From Catajapyx aquilonaris (Eukaryota): a stretch of 64,000 bases of DNA. A program made the position numbers and the translations under genes. Below, piece after piece: positions 48,201 to 61,798 of this stretch. The notes beneath the pieces are model-generated. The model saw only the letters and a list, made by a program, of their open reading frames with translations, ran no database searches and was not told where the DNA came from. The stretch's first letter is position 1, and each line of letters begins with the position of its first letter. The DNA is taken from NCBI GenBank assembly GCA_000934665.2, contig KZ538434.1, forward strand, positions 1 through 64,000, in the 5' to 3' direction.

Positions 48201-51200
48201 ACGTGTCGACCCATGGTGAACTTATCGCCCGGAGAGTGAGACTTGACCACTCGGACCACTTCGATGTTGTCCCGGAACGTCGGTTCCTCCCAAGTGACCT
48301 GGGCGGTGTCGCTGCCTTCCGGAAGACGCACTTTGGTCGACTCAGGACACTCGCTGACTCGAGGTGGCTGTAAATCTGATGAGGGCACGGAAACGGAATT
48401 CTGGTCGGTTTTATAATCTGCAGTTTTACCTTTCACTTTGATGAGGAAGGAACAGGAGGCACTGGAATTTAAGATGGGGTGATGCGCTCGGAAGGTGACT
48501 AGTGTCACACCAACAGGTACCTCTCCTTCTAAAGCCTTGCTCCAGCTGGGACTCGCTTCCACTTGCCTCAATGTCCAATCAAATCAATCAGTTAGCTTAT
48601 GACAAGTAATGTACCGATAACTTACCTCCACCAGTCCACGTTGGTCTCCGGCTGAGGGATGACGACGTATGCCTTATTGCTGTCGTGCGGAAGCTGTACA
48701 GTCATGTCTTGAGGGCATCGGATATGAGGTTTCGGAAACCCTAAAATAACGAGCATGTTAGCTCATTGTCAGACTTCTGGTGACAATTAGTGACACCCAA
48801 CACCAAACCAGAACCGATTAGTGGCACGCAGATAATGCATGATCCTGTCGCAGATGCCTTAGATGTGTCAGAACACTTCGGTATTATGAAAGGAGTTTTG
48901 AACACAACCAGCATGGGGGAAGGCGGGAGGGAGCGTGCATGATTCAGTGCTGCAAACGCGTGAGGTACGGACGTAACATATCCAGCCCATGTCGATGACA
49001 TTTGCGAGTTACGAGGATCCGTGAATATGCAGGGAATGGCACGAGTACTGTTCAGTACCAATGCATCCAAATTGCATATTATACGTATTATACCAATAGC
49101 CAATAATATTAAGTAGGAGTGAGAAAAGTGAGGTACGTAGGCCTAAGAATCCAAATCGAGTTCAATTATAGAGAAAGTTTTTGGCCAACTTTCCTGACTA
49201 CATTACCGCTCTTTACCACTAACTTGACTATATGAATATTACGCATAATTTTCCTATATTTTGATAAAATTTCTTACAAGACTTCGATTTCCCTGTAAAT
49301 AAAAATATTAATTAGGCAAATAATTTACGGCAATTCATTTGCGTGAGACATACTCTTATTTTCTCAATATTCGAGTATCAATTCATTCAAATTTTGAGAA
49401 ACTATTGTCACTATTTTGTACACTCCAAAAAATTGCATATGAAAATGACTGTATATGTATGAACTACTTCCTAACGGAAAATTCAATAATTCGACACAAC
49501 TTTCTCTACCTCGGATTTGATTCTGACCCCCAGTGTTAATGTTCAATTCTGTGAATCCTTTGAACGATCACAATGCCAACGCCATTTTATTGGAGCTGTA
49601 AATCCCAAAACTTATAGTGCGTGATAGGGTTCAAGCAATGAAACAGAAGTGGAATTGCCGGCAATATGTTACCATATGTGAAATAAATGTAGTTTCGGGG
49701 AGGCGGTAGTGTAGCACCGAAAGGTGAGACGGTCGCGACAGGTGGTGATGGCCTCCATTTATTGGGCAGCTCGTTGGGAAGCTGCTCACTCACCTCTGCC
49801 GCGATCCAACGTTTGTAACCGAGGCAACAAGAGAAAGAAAGCAATCAAGGGTCCTTCCACCACCACTGTTACCACCACCACCCAAAAATGCATTGCTGCA
49901 ATACCTGGAACACACCGAGGGATATCAGAGCTCCATTCAAGTTGTGGGTGGCATATGAGCAAGGGAGAGCCCACCAGGAGATACCCCCTCTCGCAGGACA
50001 CGTGGCAGTGGTCCATTGGACGGGCTTGACCACATCCAGTTGGCAGCAGGTGGCCGTTGGTCGGAGGTCTGAGCTCTGGACACGTCGCCTCTGTCGTCAT
50101 GCCCAGTGGCAATCACGCTTAACCACACATCTTGACCTTATTTTCTTTATATCCAATCGAAGGGTCCCCTCATTCAGGTCACGCCATATTGGGAGTCAAT
50201 CAAGATATTGGTTGTGGCGACAAAAATTCCTATTTGTGGTCACAGGATCCTGAATGGCACCAATAAGCCACTTTTACGGCTAGGGTCTTAAGTCGTCAAT
50301 GCCAACTTCTAACTACTGCATAAAGGAACTACCTATGCGCCTCATAGTTGAAGCTGCCTTAAAATCTGCAAAGTTATGACTTAGGCATATAGGAATTATA
50401 TACCGTACCCAATTTAAGAATTGACGATTTCTTTGGGCATCAATAAACGTGATTTCAATTATTACATTTTTGGCGCGCGCGCTTGTGTAAAATAGAATGA
50501 CACTGTAATGAGGTTAAACAAATGCCACTTTGTGCCTGATCGTCATTGTTTTCCTATTCCATATTGCCATCGAATGTTGGACCCTTCGATTTGAAAGAGT
50601 CTTATAGTAGATTACGAAGAAAGTTCTTGACTCTTTCATCTAGCCTAAGTTACAGAACAAACACTGTGCGAACACTTGACACATTCTCACCTACGCATGA
50701 TCCAAGTCGTCCACGCCAAATTCCAGAACCGTGACAACGTTGTGTCGCACGACCTTCCAATACGAACCCGTTCTTGCAATGCAGTTCGCATATGGTATTC
50801 TTCACATAATGACCATTGATTGGATTGCTGCTGCACACGAGATCGCCGTGTTGCGGTATCAAAGATGGTGAGCATACACCAACCTCTTTTGGTTTTTCTG
50901 GCTTCACATTTTCTACAAGGTTCAAGAAAGGTTTGGGGCCGGTACAAAATCAAAGTTCATCTTATGCAATTACCCTGGCATGTGCTTCCATCAGCTTGTA
51001 GCGTGTATCCATCATTGCATGCGCATTTGAAAGAACCTTCCGAATTGATGCACTTTTGTTGACAGTTCCCGTTGTACAACTCACATTCATCGATGTCTAT
51101 CAGTGAAAAGAGTGTAATAAAAAATTGGGTAACCAATATCAAACCAGCAAGTTACAGTATATACATCCTGGTTATTATCTTGACTTAGAACATAAGAAAT

Positions 51201-54200
51201 GCTCACCCAAACATTTGGAATCGCCAATAAGGTGGTACCCGGTAGCGCATTCACAACGGAATGATCCCACAGTATTGGAACAGTAGCCCGGAACACAAAA
51301 CGTGGGTTCTTCCCAGCACTCGTCAACATCCACGCAGACTTGCCCTTTGGAACCAGGACGGTATCCGGGATCACACTGGCATTCAAACGTCCCATCCAGA
51401 TTGACACAAGTACCACCTTTGCACAAGCTCGTATCTTCGCACTCATTCACATCTAAACGAAATGCAAATTTTTAATGGGACGAACTTTCAATAACAAATG
51501 AAACATGCTACCGTCACATGCAGTGCCGTTGACTAATTTGTAACCGAAGCCGCATCCGCATCGAAAACCACCTTCCAAGTTGAGGCAGTAACCACGCAAA
51601 CACGGGTTTATAGTTGCGCACTCGTTTATATCTGCATGTTCAAGTATGTCATTAAGCAAGCCAACATCATTAACAAAGTTGTTCAGCACTTACCTACACA
51701 ATTGTTACCATCTAGTTTATATCCCTTTCCACATGGAGGGAGTGTGATGGCTGTTGTTGATGCTATGATTATCGGAGGTTTAGTTGAGGGTCTCGCAGTT
51801 TTATACGTAGTTGTAGTTCCAACTTCGGTTGTAGGTGGTTGAATTGTGGTCGCCATAAGTATTGCGGGAGACAATGGCACCATCGCAGTTGAAGAAGGAC
51901 GGAATGTAGGGGGGGATTCAATATTCCTACTCATTGTGGTTGGGGTAGAAGTTGTAGAGGTGGATGACGTCGCAAGATCTTCTAAAGTAAGACATCGATA
52001 TGAACCAATAGTGTTGCGACATCCCAGCTCACATGACGGCGCGATTTCTGGCACGGAACATTCGTCCACATCTGAAATCAAGAATTATGCCTGCAATACA
52101 GTTGGTAAAAGAAAGCGAAATATTTTTAGCCAATCCATCTCTTCAATCCTCTCCACCCAGCTATCCCTTGCTATCCCCATCATGGGGTATCCCCATTTTT
52201 CATGATGTCCACGTGGTCGTGAATCATCAGCCGGCTTCTCCATGAACCAAATGGCAGATCAACGTCCCAAAAGAGAGGCCATTGAGTCAGAGCACAGACA
52301 TTGGCTCGACTCCCAACCACCCGATGGAAATAGAGGCATCCGGAAGAATAATACTGTAGCTTGCACCCCAATGGGAACCTGGCCAAATACAAGAATTTCA
52401 CCCTCCCACCTCCCCCTCACTTCACGGAGGATTTCACCCCTTTTGCCCGTTGGCACTTCCTCATTTGAGTCTTGTCATTTGTCATGCGTTTCCCCCGCCT
52501 TGTCGGATCAGCCATTTGCTTTTCCACACTCTGGAATTCACAGAAGGGACTTCCTGATGGATGATTCTCACGTCGCTACTTGCTTGCTCCATTTACATGG
52601 CATCTCCCATGTGAGGAATTGGAAGCCACCGGAGGATCCCCACCGGGCCACTTATTTGTACATGTATACTACTTGTATTACATGCCCCCCCATAACGGTA
52701 CGGTACTGAAAACCGGCCTATCCCGGATCTCCATCTTAGCAACACCTTGGAGAATAGACAAACACTATCTTACCATGGCATGTTTTCCAGTCATCTTGCA
52801 GCTCAAATCCATTGGGGCATGCACAGAAGGCGGCTCCCAGTGTGTTGAGGCAGAGATGTGAGCATCCGAAGTTGTCCTGCGCGCACTCGTCTTCGTCCTC
52901 ACAAGTATGGGCATCCGATGCAAGCCGTGTGCCGGGCAGTCCATCGCAGGAGCACAGGTAACTGCCCGGAAAATTTGTGCAGGTGTCCTGGCATGGGCCG
53001 TGTCCGTTGCGGAGGAGGCACTCGTTCCGATCTGAACATAATTATGACATAAGCACACATTCGGAACAAGTTAGTGTGGAAACACAAATCGTGTCAGTGC
53101 AGTGTAGGACATGGCGTTCCCGTAAGCGCCAAAAGCTAATCCTGAAAGGCAGTCTTCCTGGTGAGCAGGAGAGTCTAAAGGTTAGCTCAGAAGAGTAAGG
53201 ATAACAGTATTAGCCTTGTATAGGTCCTTTATCAGTACGTTGAGCCAAGAGCTCTTGGTTGAGTGAATAGCAGGAGTACTCACTCCCTGCTCAACTGATA
53301 AAAGAACCTGAAGGTAAATCTAATGAATATGCGAGTTTATACAAAGAGGGAGGTCGAAATTATGACTTTAATGTATTTTAATATGTCATCAACTTATATG
53401 TATACTAGAAAACCATCGCTACTCTCGAATTTTTCTATGGCGGTGGGCACAGCATTTTAAATCGCTTCCGACTTACAGCCCTACAGGTGTTGACCCTATG
53501 GCCGACAGAGATGGAATGGTAAGTTAGAGACGTTGGGGCCGTGCAGACGGGCCAAGCTTAGGCGCGGCTGGCCGCGGCCGCGACGGTTCACAGTTTCACA
53601 CCTAGCGGCTCCCTAGCAACGCCACGGCCAGGCCACGGCCAACTTCCTGGAAGTTGGCCAGGGCCGCGGCCAAGCTTGGCCCGTCTGCACGGCCCCGTTG
53701 TTTACACCCCATGGCGCATGTGTGGATCGGAGGCCTATGGGAATCGGCGGTTACAACAATATGCGACGGACCAATCAGAGGGCTCGATCAAACAATGTAG
53801 GATTTTAATATTATAGATTTGTACCATTTTCTTACCTTCACATTTCCAGCCATTTGACGCTAATCGATATCCATCAATGCATTCACACCTGTACGAACCC
53901 AGTGTGTTGATGCATTGCCCTTCACATCCACCGTTCTTTTCCCGGCATTCGTCTATGTCTGCAATGCAATAATTATTTAACAGTAAATATAAAGAAACTC
54001 TGCAAAATGTGCACATTCAAGAGTATCAGTTTTTCTCACCTTGGCAAGTGGCCCCATCTGTTCCAAGACTGTATCCTTTGTAGCACATGCATGTGGCGAT
54101 ACCTGCGTCGTCCTTGCAAATATGCTGGCATCTGTTTGGCGTTTGAGCGCAAGGGGATGCCACCGATGACGGTAACTCATTTGACGTCTCTTGAGTGCCT

Positions 54201-57200
54201 AGATACAGTATCGGATGGACATTTGTAGGCTACAAATGTGCAAAAATTCAAAATATCACCAAAAGAGATTACAACTTAATACATGCAGATTTGCCTTACA
54301 TGCACACAATATGTCGTAGCCCCATAGCGAAATAATTGGGCACGTCATGAAATGTCGGCTGGCCATACCTGCCCATGACCTGGACGAAATGTGAGGAGGA
54401 AATGTCTGGAAGTCCAGGAGTTGGTCCTGACTCTTGAGCCAAGGGTAGTCCAGCTGTCCAGGTGACTGTACGGAAAGGTTGGCATCCGTATACTGTGAGT
54501 GAAGGCAAGTACTTGTCTGATTGGTTGATAATAAGTGTCATTTGGTGGGGCAGACATGTCCGAGGAAGTAACCAAAGTGCACTGCTGCAAATCTTCTCTC
54601 TTCAGCATTCTCATGACCAATTTGGTCATCTCAAAGTCATATGCAGACTCCTGATGCAATCACAGGACGGATGACAACCTTTCCGTACAAGGATTACCCT
54701 TGGCTCAAGAGTCAGGACCAACTCCTGGACTTCCAGACATTCCCTCCTCACATTATTTTCGTCCAGGTCATCGGCAGGTATGGACTGCACTCGGCATCTC
54801 CTGATTCCCTCCACACCTTCTGGTTTTGCTCAGCTGCTCATGTACACTGGGTAGATTCTGAATTACGGAATCCGTCCAACCCGTTGCTGACACTTCGCGA
54901 ACAGTCCAATATTTCTGAGCACATGCTGTAATTCTTCATGGGAGATTGCACTACAGCATGTGTCCAATTTCAGTAGACACTTCATGAAGTGCCCGATTTC
55001 GCTATGGAGCTACGACATATACACAACAATATTTACTGCGATTTGCAGTTCTTCTGTTCATCTCGCTTCACCCAATTGTAAATCTTGGTAGCACCGGTTA
55101 AATGGTAGAATCCAGCATACCTTACCATAGGAACAGATTTACTCTGTGCCTACCTTTAAGTACACAACGTGGACCAGGACCGACCCATCGACCCTCGGAA
55201 CAATATAATCGAAGATTGTCTTCAGGAGAAGCAGACGCTTCATGCGACAGTCTCTCCGGAACATAATTATCTCGACATCTGTATATGGCAGCTACGTAAG
55301 TGTTATGAGGCGGGTTGGGATTTTCCAATCTGGAAGCATACAAAAAAAAACCACTATAACATTCATTTGACTGTGGGTGAATTAAACCTTGTTAGTTGTG
55401 ACTCTTTCCGTTCCTCGAGTTATTCGACATCAAAACACGCTATAAGTCAACAGTGGAAATAGGCAACACAGCCCACACACTAGCCCATTTTGGCAATTCT
55501 CCTACTCGCTTAACCATTAAATCACCAGGTAATATAACAAGGTGTGAATATATCTGCAGTCTTGTTACATTTTTGGCACCACTATCAAAGTGACGGGGTT
55601 CTCCACGCGGAACTAAATACCAACTTCCTGAGGCAAGATATATCGTTTATCATATCTCGAGGGCAAAACCAGGGACGAACGAAAATGTACCTCTATTACT
55701 GTGAACCCCTTTTGAATGCTGTCCATGATGTTGACATGATTTTCCCTGGCCCAAAAGCGATCAGACTTATTCAAAGTTGCCACAGCTATAAAATTGCCTG
55801 AAGTTGGAACCAACGATTTCTTACCTGGTGTACTGAAGAACAATAGCGGAAGGGAAATCCGGAGCTCTGTATATTCCTCTTGTGAAGCAGGTGAGGTCCA
55901 GTTGGGCCCAGTTGATCTTGTGCATCACATCGCTCTCTTCATTGATATCTGTCGGTTCAATCACCATCATTCCGGTATCACCGTCGTGCGATTCTTCCGT
56001 GTTGATACCGTCTCCGGACCCCATATCCGTGTCATGGTCATCTGGAGACGTATAGAGAGAGTCTAGTGGCTCCGATTCGTTCTTCCAGTGCTCGTCTTCC
56101 TCATCTTCGTCTCCGTCTTCACTGCTTTTAACCCGGAGAAACCGCTGGGGGTCATTACCGTACATTGACACCATCAATGGCCCTGCAATAGAATATTAGG
56201 TAAGTTGTAGTGTTTGCGACAGAACGTTGCGTTCGTGACAAAAATAGCTTTAATCCTGCAACATTCACTATGCATGGTGGTAAACTGCCATAGTTGTCAC
56301 CTCAAGCTATGGGACGGGGTAAAACAATGATGAATGACTACCTCCCATCGCTCAAGTACTGTACAGTACAGTACATGCCCATTGGTAGATCCCGATGTGT
56401 ACAGTACGAGAGAGTGAAGTGCACATATTACCATTTGAGCCAGTAATCCGTCACGTTTTAGCCCATATTGTTGGAGTGTCAACTACGAGAGTGTTCTACC
56501 CTGTATAAGTAAAAATCTATATAAACATTCAAAATTACGGTGTGTGTAGGTATACAGGTTATCATTCATTGACATTACGTATTAACTGGCCTTATTTATT
56601 TCTGTATTCATTTACTTCCTATTTGTTTTGATCCTTCGCAGGTGTCGCATTTTTCTATGGCGCAGGCGTAGAAAACCACTCCCTTCGCTCGCTTTTTTCT
56701 AGGCCTGCCGCCTGCAGACCTGCAGTGCCCACCATGTTTTTAATCGCTTCGGATATATATAGCCAATGATGATGACCATCTCCCAATCAGATGCATACAC
56801 CCCCACCCGTTCCTCCGTGCATTCACATATCCGTGATTCCGTACCCTGCGACCCATCTGCAATCCCACCTTTGCTTTGCATTGGCTGGGAAATATGCATT
56901 TGCTCACCTCAACATACCAATACCTTTTGACTTTAAAAAAAAACTCAATTATTGTATGAACATAAATTCACAACCTCGACCGCTTCTACTCGCATGCACT
57001 CGCACATGTATCTAAATTATATACACACTTTCCGACCACGTTTTTCTAACTGCTCATAACTCCCCTTTATAAACGTCCATAGAATTTGGTGAAATCGTGG
57101 TAGTTTGCGAGAATTAAATCAATATTTATCTGCGGCTTGCCTCTGTCACATCTGAAAACACCCAAACTTATTTCATTTTCGTGAAATACGACGATTTCAG

Positions 57201-60200
57201 CAAATTCGTCTGGCACGTTTCTCAAGGTAGAAATTCCGCATACTGTAACATATTTAATAATTAAATCAGCTTAACAGTTGGCCGGTAATACCTGAATTTC
57301 GAGTTTTTACGGCGATCTTATTGAAAATTTATTTAGGGTCTTCTAAATGAGGAAAAATGTTTCCGTCACATACAGAGCATGAATGTGTAAGTTAGTACCG
57401 GTATATCTGTTATTATTATTTTGTAAAAATATATTGTCCTTATCTTCATAGTATGTGTAAGCGAAAATCTAGACGATGGCTATATATAGCAGATAGCGAA
57501 CTTAGACAATATTGTCTAAGATAGCGAAGGGGCTAATAGTACGGTTGAATCCGGATGTTAACAAACTTCCAGAGACCGCGGAAAAGTATGTTGTAACCGA
57601 GGTTTGTTTAGCCATATCGTCACTTTTGCAACGAAAACATATTTCTGCTTTAATTATGCTTATATAATGCCCACTACTACATACCGATTAATGAAATTCA
57701 TCAAAAATGCAATGTTAGCTGACCCGAAAATAATTATGCAGGACCAAAATATCCGAATTTTCTTCTGCCGTCTTCTTTTTGCTAATTTTATACCAGAAAA
57801 GCCTTATTTTCCCACTGAGGGGCCAAGAAATGGCCTGTTAGAACCGAGGTGAGGTGAAAATGAGTCTGTTTTATCCGAAGTAAAAATATATACAGGGCGC
57901 CTTATGGAAGCATGCCGGGACCGGCTTTTATAACCGAAAGTCTGTTACAGCCGAGGCTGTTATATCCGGATTCAACTAGGTGGAGCTGTGAGGTTTGGAC
58001 ATAGATCCGCACCATCCTATTGCACCTTCGGCCCTTTGAAGAAGAAACCGAATTCTGAATAGTTATTGAGCAAAAAATAAAAACGTGTTTTTAGTGGTTT
58101 TTAATTTTTGCGTCGTTTTGAAGAGGAATTGAGTTTAGCTGTAAATGGTAGGAATGCACTTCACGACGGTGGGGATCTGTGTTCAAAAGGAACGAAGCTC
58201 TATCTACAACAGAACTTGAGTTAGGGCGAATAAAGAAAATGTAACAACAAGAAGATGTTGGAAAAATTCATTGTTGAAATGGCATATTCGGTCTTAGTTA
58301 GGGGAAACCGCCCCTTAAATAACAAGATAAGCACAATATCACATCATATCACTTGTTTTTGGCATACAGGGATTCCACTTTTCCGTACGTAATTCGAAAG
58401 CGGAATTCGATGGAGGCCTATCGCCTATGTATAATATTCGCTATATTATTCTGAGGGTGTTGAGTACCCTTTTACTCAGGCCAGCGTTACAAGCTAAAAA
58501 TTTGTGTAAGTCCAAACTATCACTCTCATTGTCCCATAATGACTCATCAACACGGCTTATCTACTCTTTCTCGACGTGATGGTGAGTGCCGGTGACCACA
58601 TATGCGTGAGTCCGAGATTGTCAACCTCTTGATGTCCTTTTCCCAGTCAGCTGTCGCGAAAATGGCCGGCATTCTTTATGTTCCTTTGACATCAGTCGGG
58701 AAAATGCCTAGGGTCCCCTCAATCCGCGGCAGATGATTTGCGTTGGCAAATAAACAGGAATGTGAGTAGGGGAATGAAGATAAGAGTAAGGGCCTCCGAA
58801 TGGAATCGGATCTCCTCCAAGGCCTGGCGCCTCAGAAGAATGCAAATTGCGGGGTAGCACTAATTATATTACCAACCCTCGTCATCGTGAGCATCCCTCT
58901 TGGAGGCCGAATGCCGAAGACGCAATTCGACGTTCCAACGGGCCCCTGGAAGAAATCCTTCATCTGACAGCACTTCTCTGAAATGACCAAAAATGAAATT
59001 GAAATTTACATACACTAGCAAGGTGGTTTCTGCTTAGGAAAAAAAATATATTCGTGCATATTATTAAAACTTGTACAGTTCATCCGGCGAGTGATATAGT
59101 TTACAGAAAACATACGCAGTGATACTGATTCTGTAATGATGTAGGTTCACTTCGTGCTCGTTATTTAAAAGCATAGGCCTATATTGCTGCATAGAGCAAT
59201 ATGCAAACCTTTTACAGATAGATTCATGAATGCAACTAACTTCTTACATCAGTGGTGATTTTAAAAATCATCCAAATAACTAGTATGAACTGCAGTGTTT
59301 CATAGCTACAAGAAGCCCAATTTTGATGCGGATGTAACTGAACAAGATGTGATAATATAGCCTACTCTAGGTGAAGTTTACCCGGAATTGGCGTTTTCTT
59401 GCTGCAATGAGTTGTGGACTTCTCGAATAACGTCCCCTTCTGAAAAAAGAATAAGAAAGGGCCAATGGTGAGAAAGCCTTATTTCGATGGTAATCTTCAT
59501 TTATTATCGCATTTAAAAGACGCGCCCTTGCCTAAATGGCGGTCGATGCTCTTTCCCTTGACCAATAACTGACCTTCGGAAGATATGTTCCAAAAGGCAA
59601 GGACCACACATACGCGATGAAAGCATGAAGATTTCCTTCAGACAACAGAGCGGAACGAAAACAAAACGATCAGCAGGCTTAGGATGTCTAGAATTCCTTC
59701 CAGACCATTGTCGGCCTTTTGTCAAGATACACATAGTGCGTTTATCGCATCACTCTTCGTCCTTCTGTCTTACTTTTTGTCGAACACGAAGGATGAAAAA
59801 GCGAATGGAAAAGAAGTGCCGTAAATTACCCGAGAACACTTTTACAAGTGTCGGGCTTTCCGCCCTTTTTCTGTGACCAGAAACAATAATACAACCTAGC
59901 AACCTGGGTGGGGCAAGTGCAAAAAGAGCTTTAGGGAAACCTCCACTTAATCGTTCCTATAAGAAAACCTCCCGAGAGCTTAGATCAACAATAGCTGCGG
60001 CAAACCTATGCAGATTCGTCTACAGTGCATAATACATACAATTCACACTCAAGAAATGAACTACTCGGGCTTTTAAAAATAGCCACGTGTGTGGACAACC
60101 TCTGAATGAATCACACATTTGCCCACTTCTCACACCAATTTGCCCAAGACATTTGGCCAAACAACTGGTAATCCTCGAATCAACATGACTGGAGCACGTT

Positions 60201-61798
60201 GGAGCACTTCTCTTTAAATTATAGACCTAATTAATTAGCGTCAGCCTCTAAGCCCCTGTTGTTACTTCCAGCCCAACTTTCCAGCTCATTACAATAATTC
60301 TGGTGCTATCAGACAAAGCCAAAAAGTCCGTCAACACAAGCGGTGTTGCCAGATAGGGCTGGCGTCTGGCCACGTGAGGCCAAGGGGTGCGTGGGTACCG
60401 GCGAGTATGCAACATGCCTTTTTTGGACGGAAGGTCGGTCACTTGGATAAGTTTAATAGCACGTCTCCACTGATTAACCAGACAGAATGAGACTCTGAAT
60501 CAGTGGGGGATGGCCTCGATGAAATTGTACAATTATATTAGGCCACACTTCTCCTTGTGGATATCGGCATACTGATCCGACAAGTGGGGTTATCCTCACA
60601 AGGACGTCTTGACAGAGATTGATGACGGAACAATAATAAATTTTATAAAATTAAATGAATATATTGATTTAAAAATGCTAGGGAAATAGATGGTCAATTT
60701 CAATCAAATTCGTGTCCTCCTGACATTTTCGGAGTTGGATTAGGCCTACAAGGGAATATTAGCATAGATAGATGGTGCATTCCGGTCAACTGACTACGAA
60801 TAATTAGACTCGAGGACTGCCCTAAGCGTGTCCAATTAGCGGGTTAGATCAATTTTCAAGAAATTACCTGGTGCGATTTTATAGGCAATTTTTCACTAGT
60901 ATGTTCACGGTATTGGGGGAAAAAAATAATTTGATAATAATCCACAGACAGTACGTGGTACCACAATAACTTTTCATGGCGACTCGTACCCAGGTTAATG
61001 AAGTGTATCGGAAACTTACAGTCCCTTTCCTTGAATGGATAGAATAATGGGGCATCGACACGGTCTCTATACAGAAAAGTAGAAGCTTAATCAAGGGCAG
61101 GTTCATTCAATGTTATCGTCACCCGGTCACTGACCTCCTATGTACCTGCACCAGCATCTCATTTTCTCCTTTTCGAATGACATAAGAGACTGGGTATTTT
61201 TACCGACAACGCTCATGTCGCAATGGCCGCATATTTACAAACCTTGTTCGATCATACCGGTACGCTTTCACGTAGAAAATTAATCAACTCGAGAATTATA
61301 CTTGTAATAACCTGGTACACAATGTAACTCAATATATCGCATTATAGAAAACAGCACCACACATCCTAACTAATGTGGCCGAATTTCCGGATCAGAATAG
61401 GCATTCGGCTATATTAATTCACAAGTACAGTAACTTGAGACTAGTTTTGCAAAATATTACTGATGCACATAACTTCATTCCCATTTTCCAAGTTACAGGA
61501 ATTCCATGAGCATCCAAGATATTTAAAATTCGCACGTACACCAATCAAAGAATACCAGATATGAACTGATTTAATGAGATTGAAATTGATAGCTTTTCGA
61601 ATTTCCCGGCAAATGATACACTAATAATTAACATTCCTATAATCAACAAAAACCGCAAAATAATCACCGCGTAAAAATTCCCACACTATCAAAATGAAAA
61701 TGATGAAAGCGTATGTCAAGTCTGATTAATGGGAAACACTTACCGGCGACGATGAAAATGGCAACCGCACATGCCAGAAGCAATTTGGCCCGCAACAT
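45286..61798 (-). CDS. Secreted fibrillin/fibulin-like ECM protein with Sushi, cbEGF, HYR and GCC2/GCC3 domains (probable Drosophila frac/CG7526 homologue), ~1198 aa
   Basis: 19 exons (minus): 61744-61798 (signal peptide [18 protein letters not shown]), 55825-56182, 55154-55329, 54040-54198, 53836-53958, 52774-53031, 51694-52071, 51512-51631, 51207-51452, 50974-51096, 50691-50912, 49905-50090, 48626-48740, 48430-48566, 48133-48375, 45876-46226, 45683-45754, 45535-45622, 45286-45472. They sum to 3597 nt with one open frame. cbEGF D(I/V)(D/N)EC motifs, Sushi Cys/Trp patterns, HYR ([11 protein letters not shown]…G.H.VTYVAFD…C.F.V.V), and C..CPPG.Y…C..CP.G.FQ (GCC2/GCC3). Orthology to frac is from memory of domain architecture. 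Confidence 0.9.
46841..47097 (-). mobile_element. SINE family B copy
   Basis: TSD tttctggtattaata. Near-identical to 40811-41075. Confidence 0.88.
47298..47758. mobile_element. Fold-back palindromic element
   Basis: ggagcatatactacataagagg… pairs with …cctcttatgtagtatatgctcc. The arms pair almost to the centre (~47520-47560). Confidence 0.85.
53535..53696. mobile_element. GC-rich PIF/Harbinger-type MITE
   Basis: GGGGCCGTGCAGACGGGCCAAGCTT … AAGCTTGGCCCGTCTGCACGGCCCC with a 3-bp TSD GTT. Confidence 0.85.
54310..55019. mobile_element. MITE with ATGTCGTAGC termini and internal inverted repeat
   Basis: tatgtcgtagccccatagcgaaat / atttcgctatggagctacgacata. Inner arms ~54362-54490 and ~54665-54785. 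Confidence 0.75.
57540..57980. mobile_element. Tigger/pogo-type MITE (diverged)
   Basis: gttgaatccggat … atccggattcaac termini. Confidence 0.55.

Noticed and set aside
52140..52720. 155-aa ORF in an intron of the ECM gene
   Set aside because: No domain or splice support. A weak CSDS motif on the minus strand hints at decayed LINE RNase H, but too weakly to call.
54199..54229. Upstream acceptor (tttgtag|) for exon 4 of the ECM gene
   Set aside because: Wrong phase and leads to TGA. The acceptor at 54198 keeps the frame.
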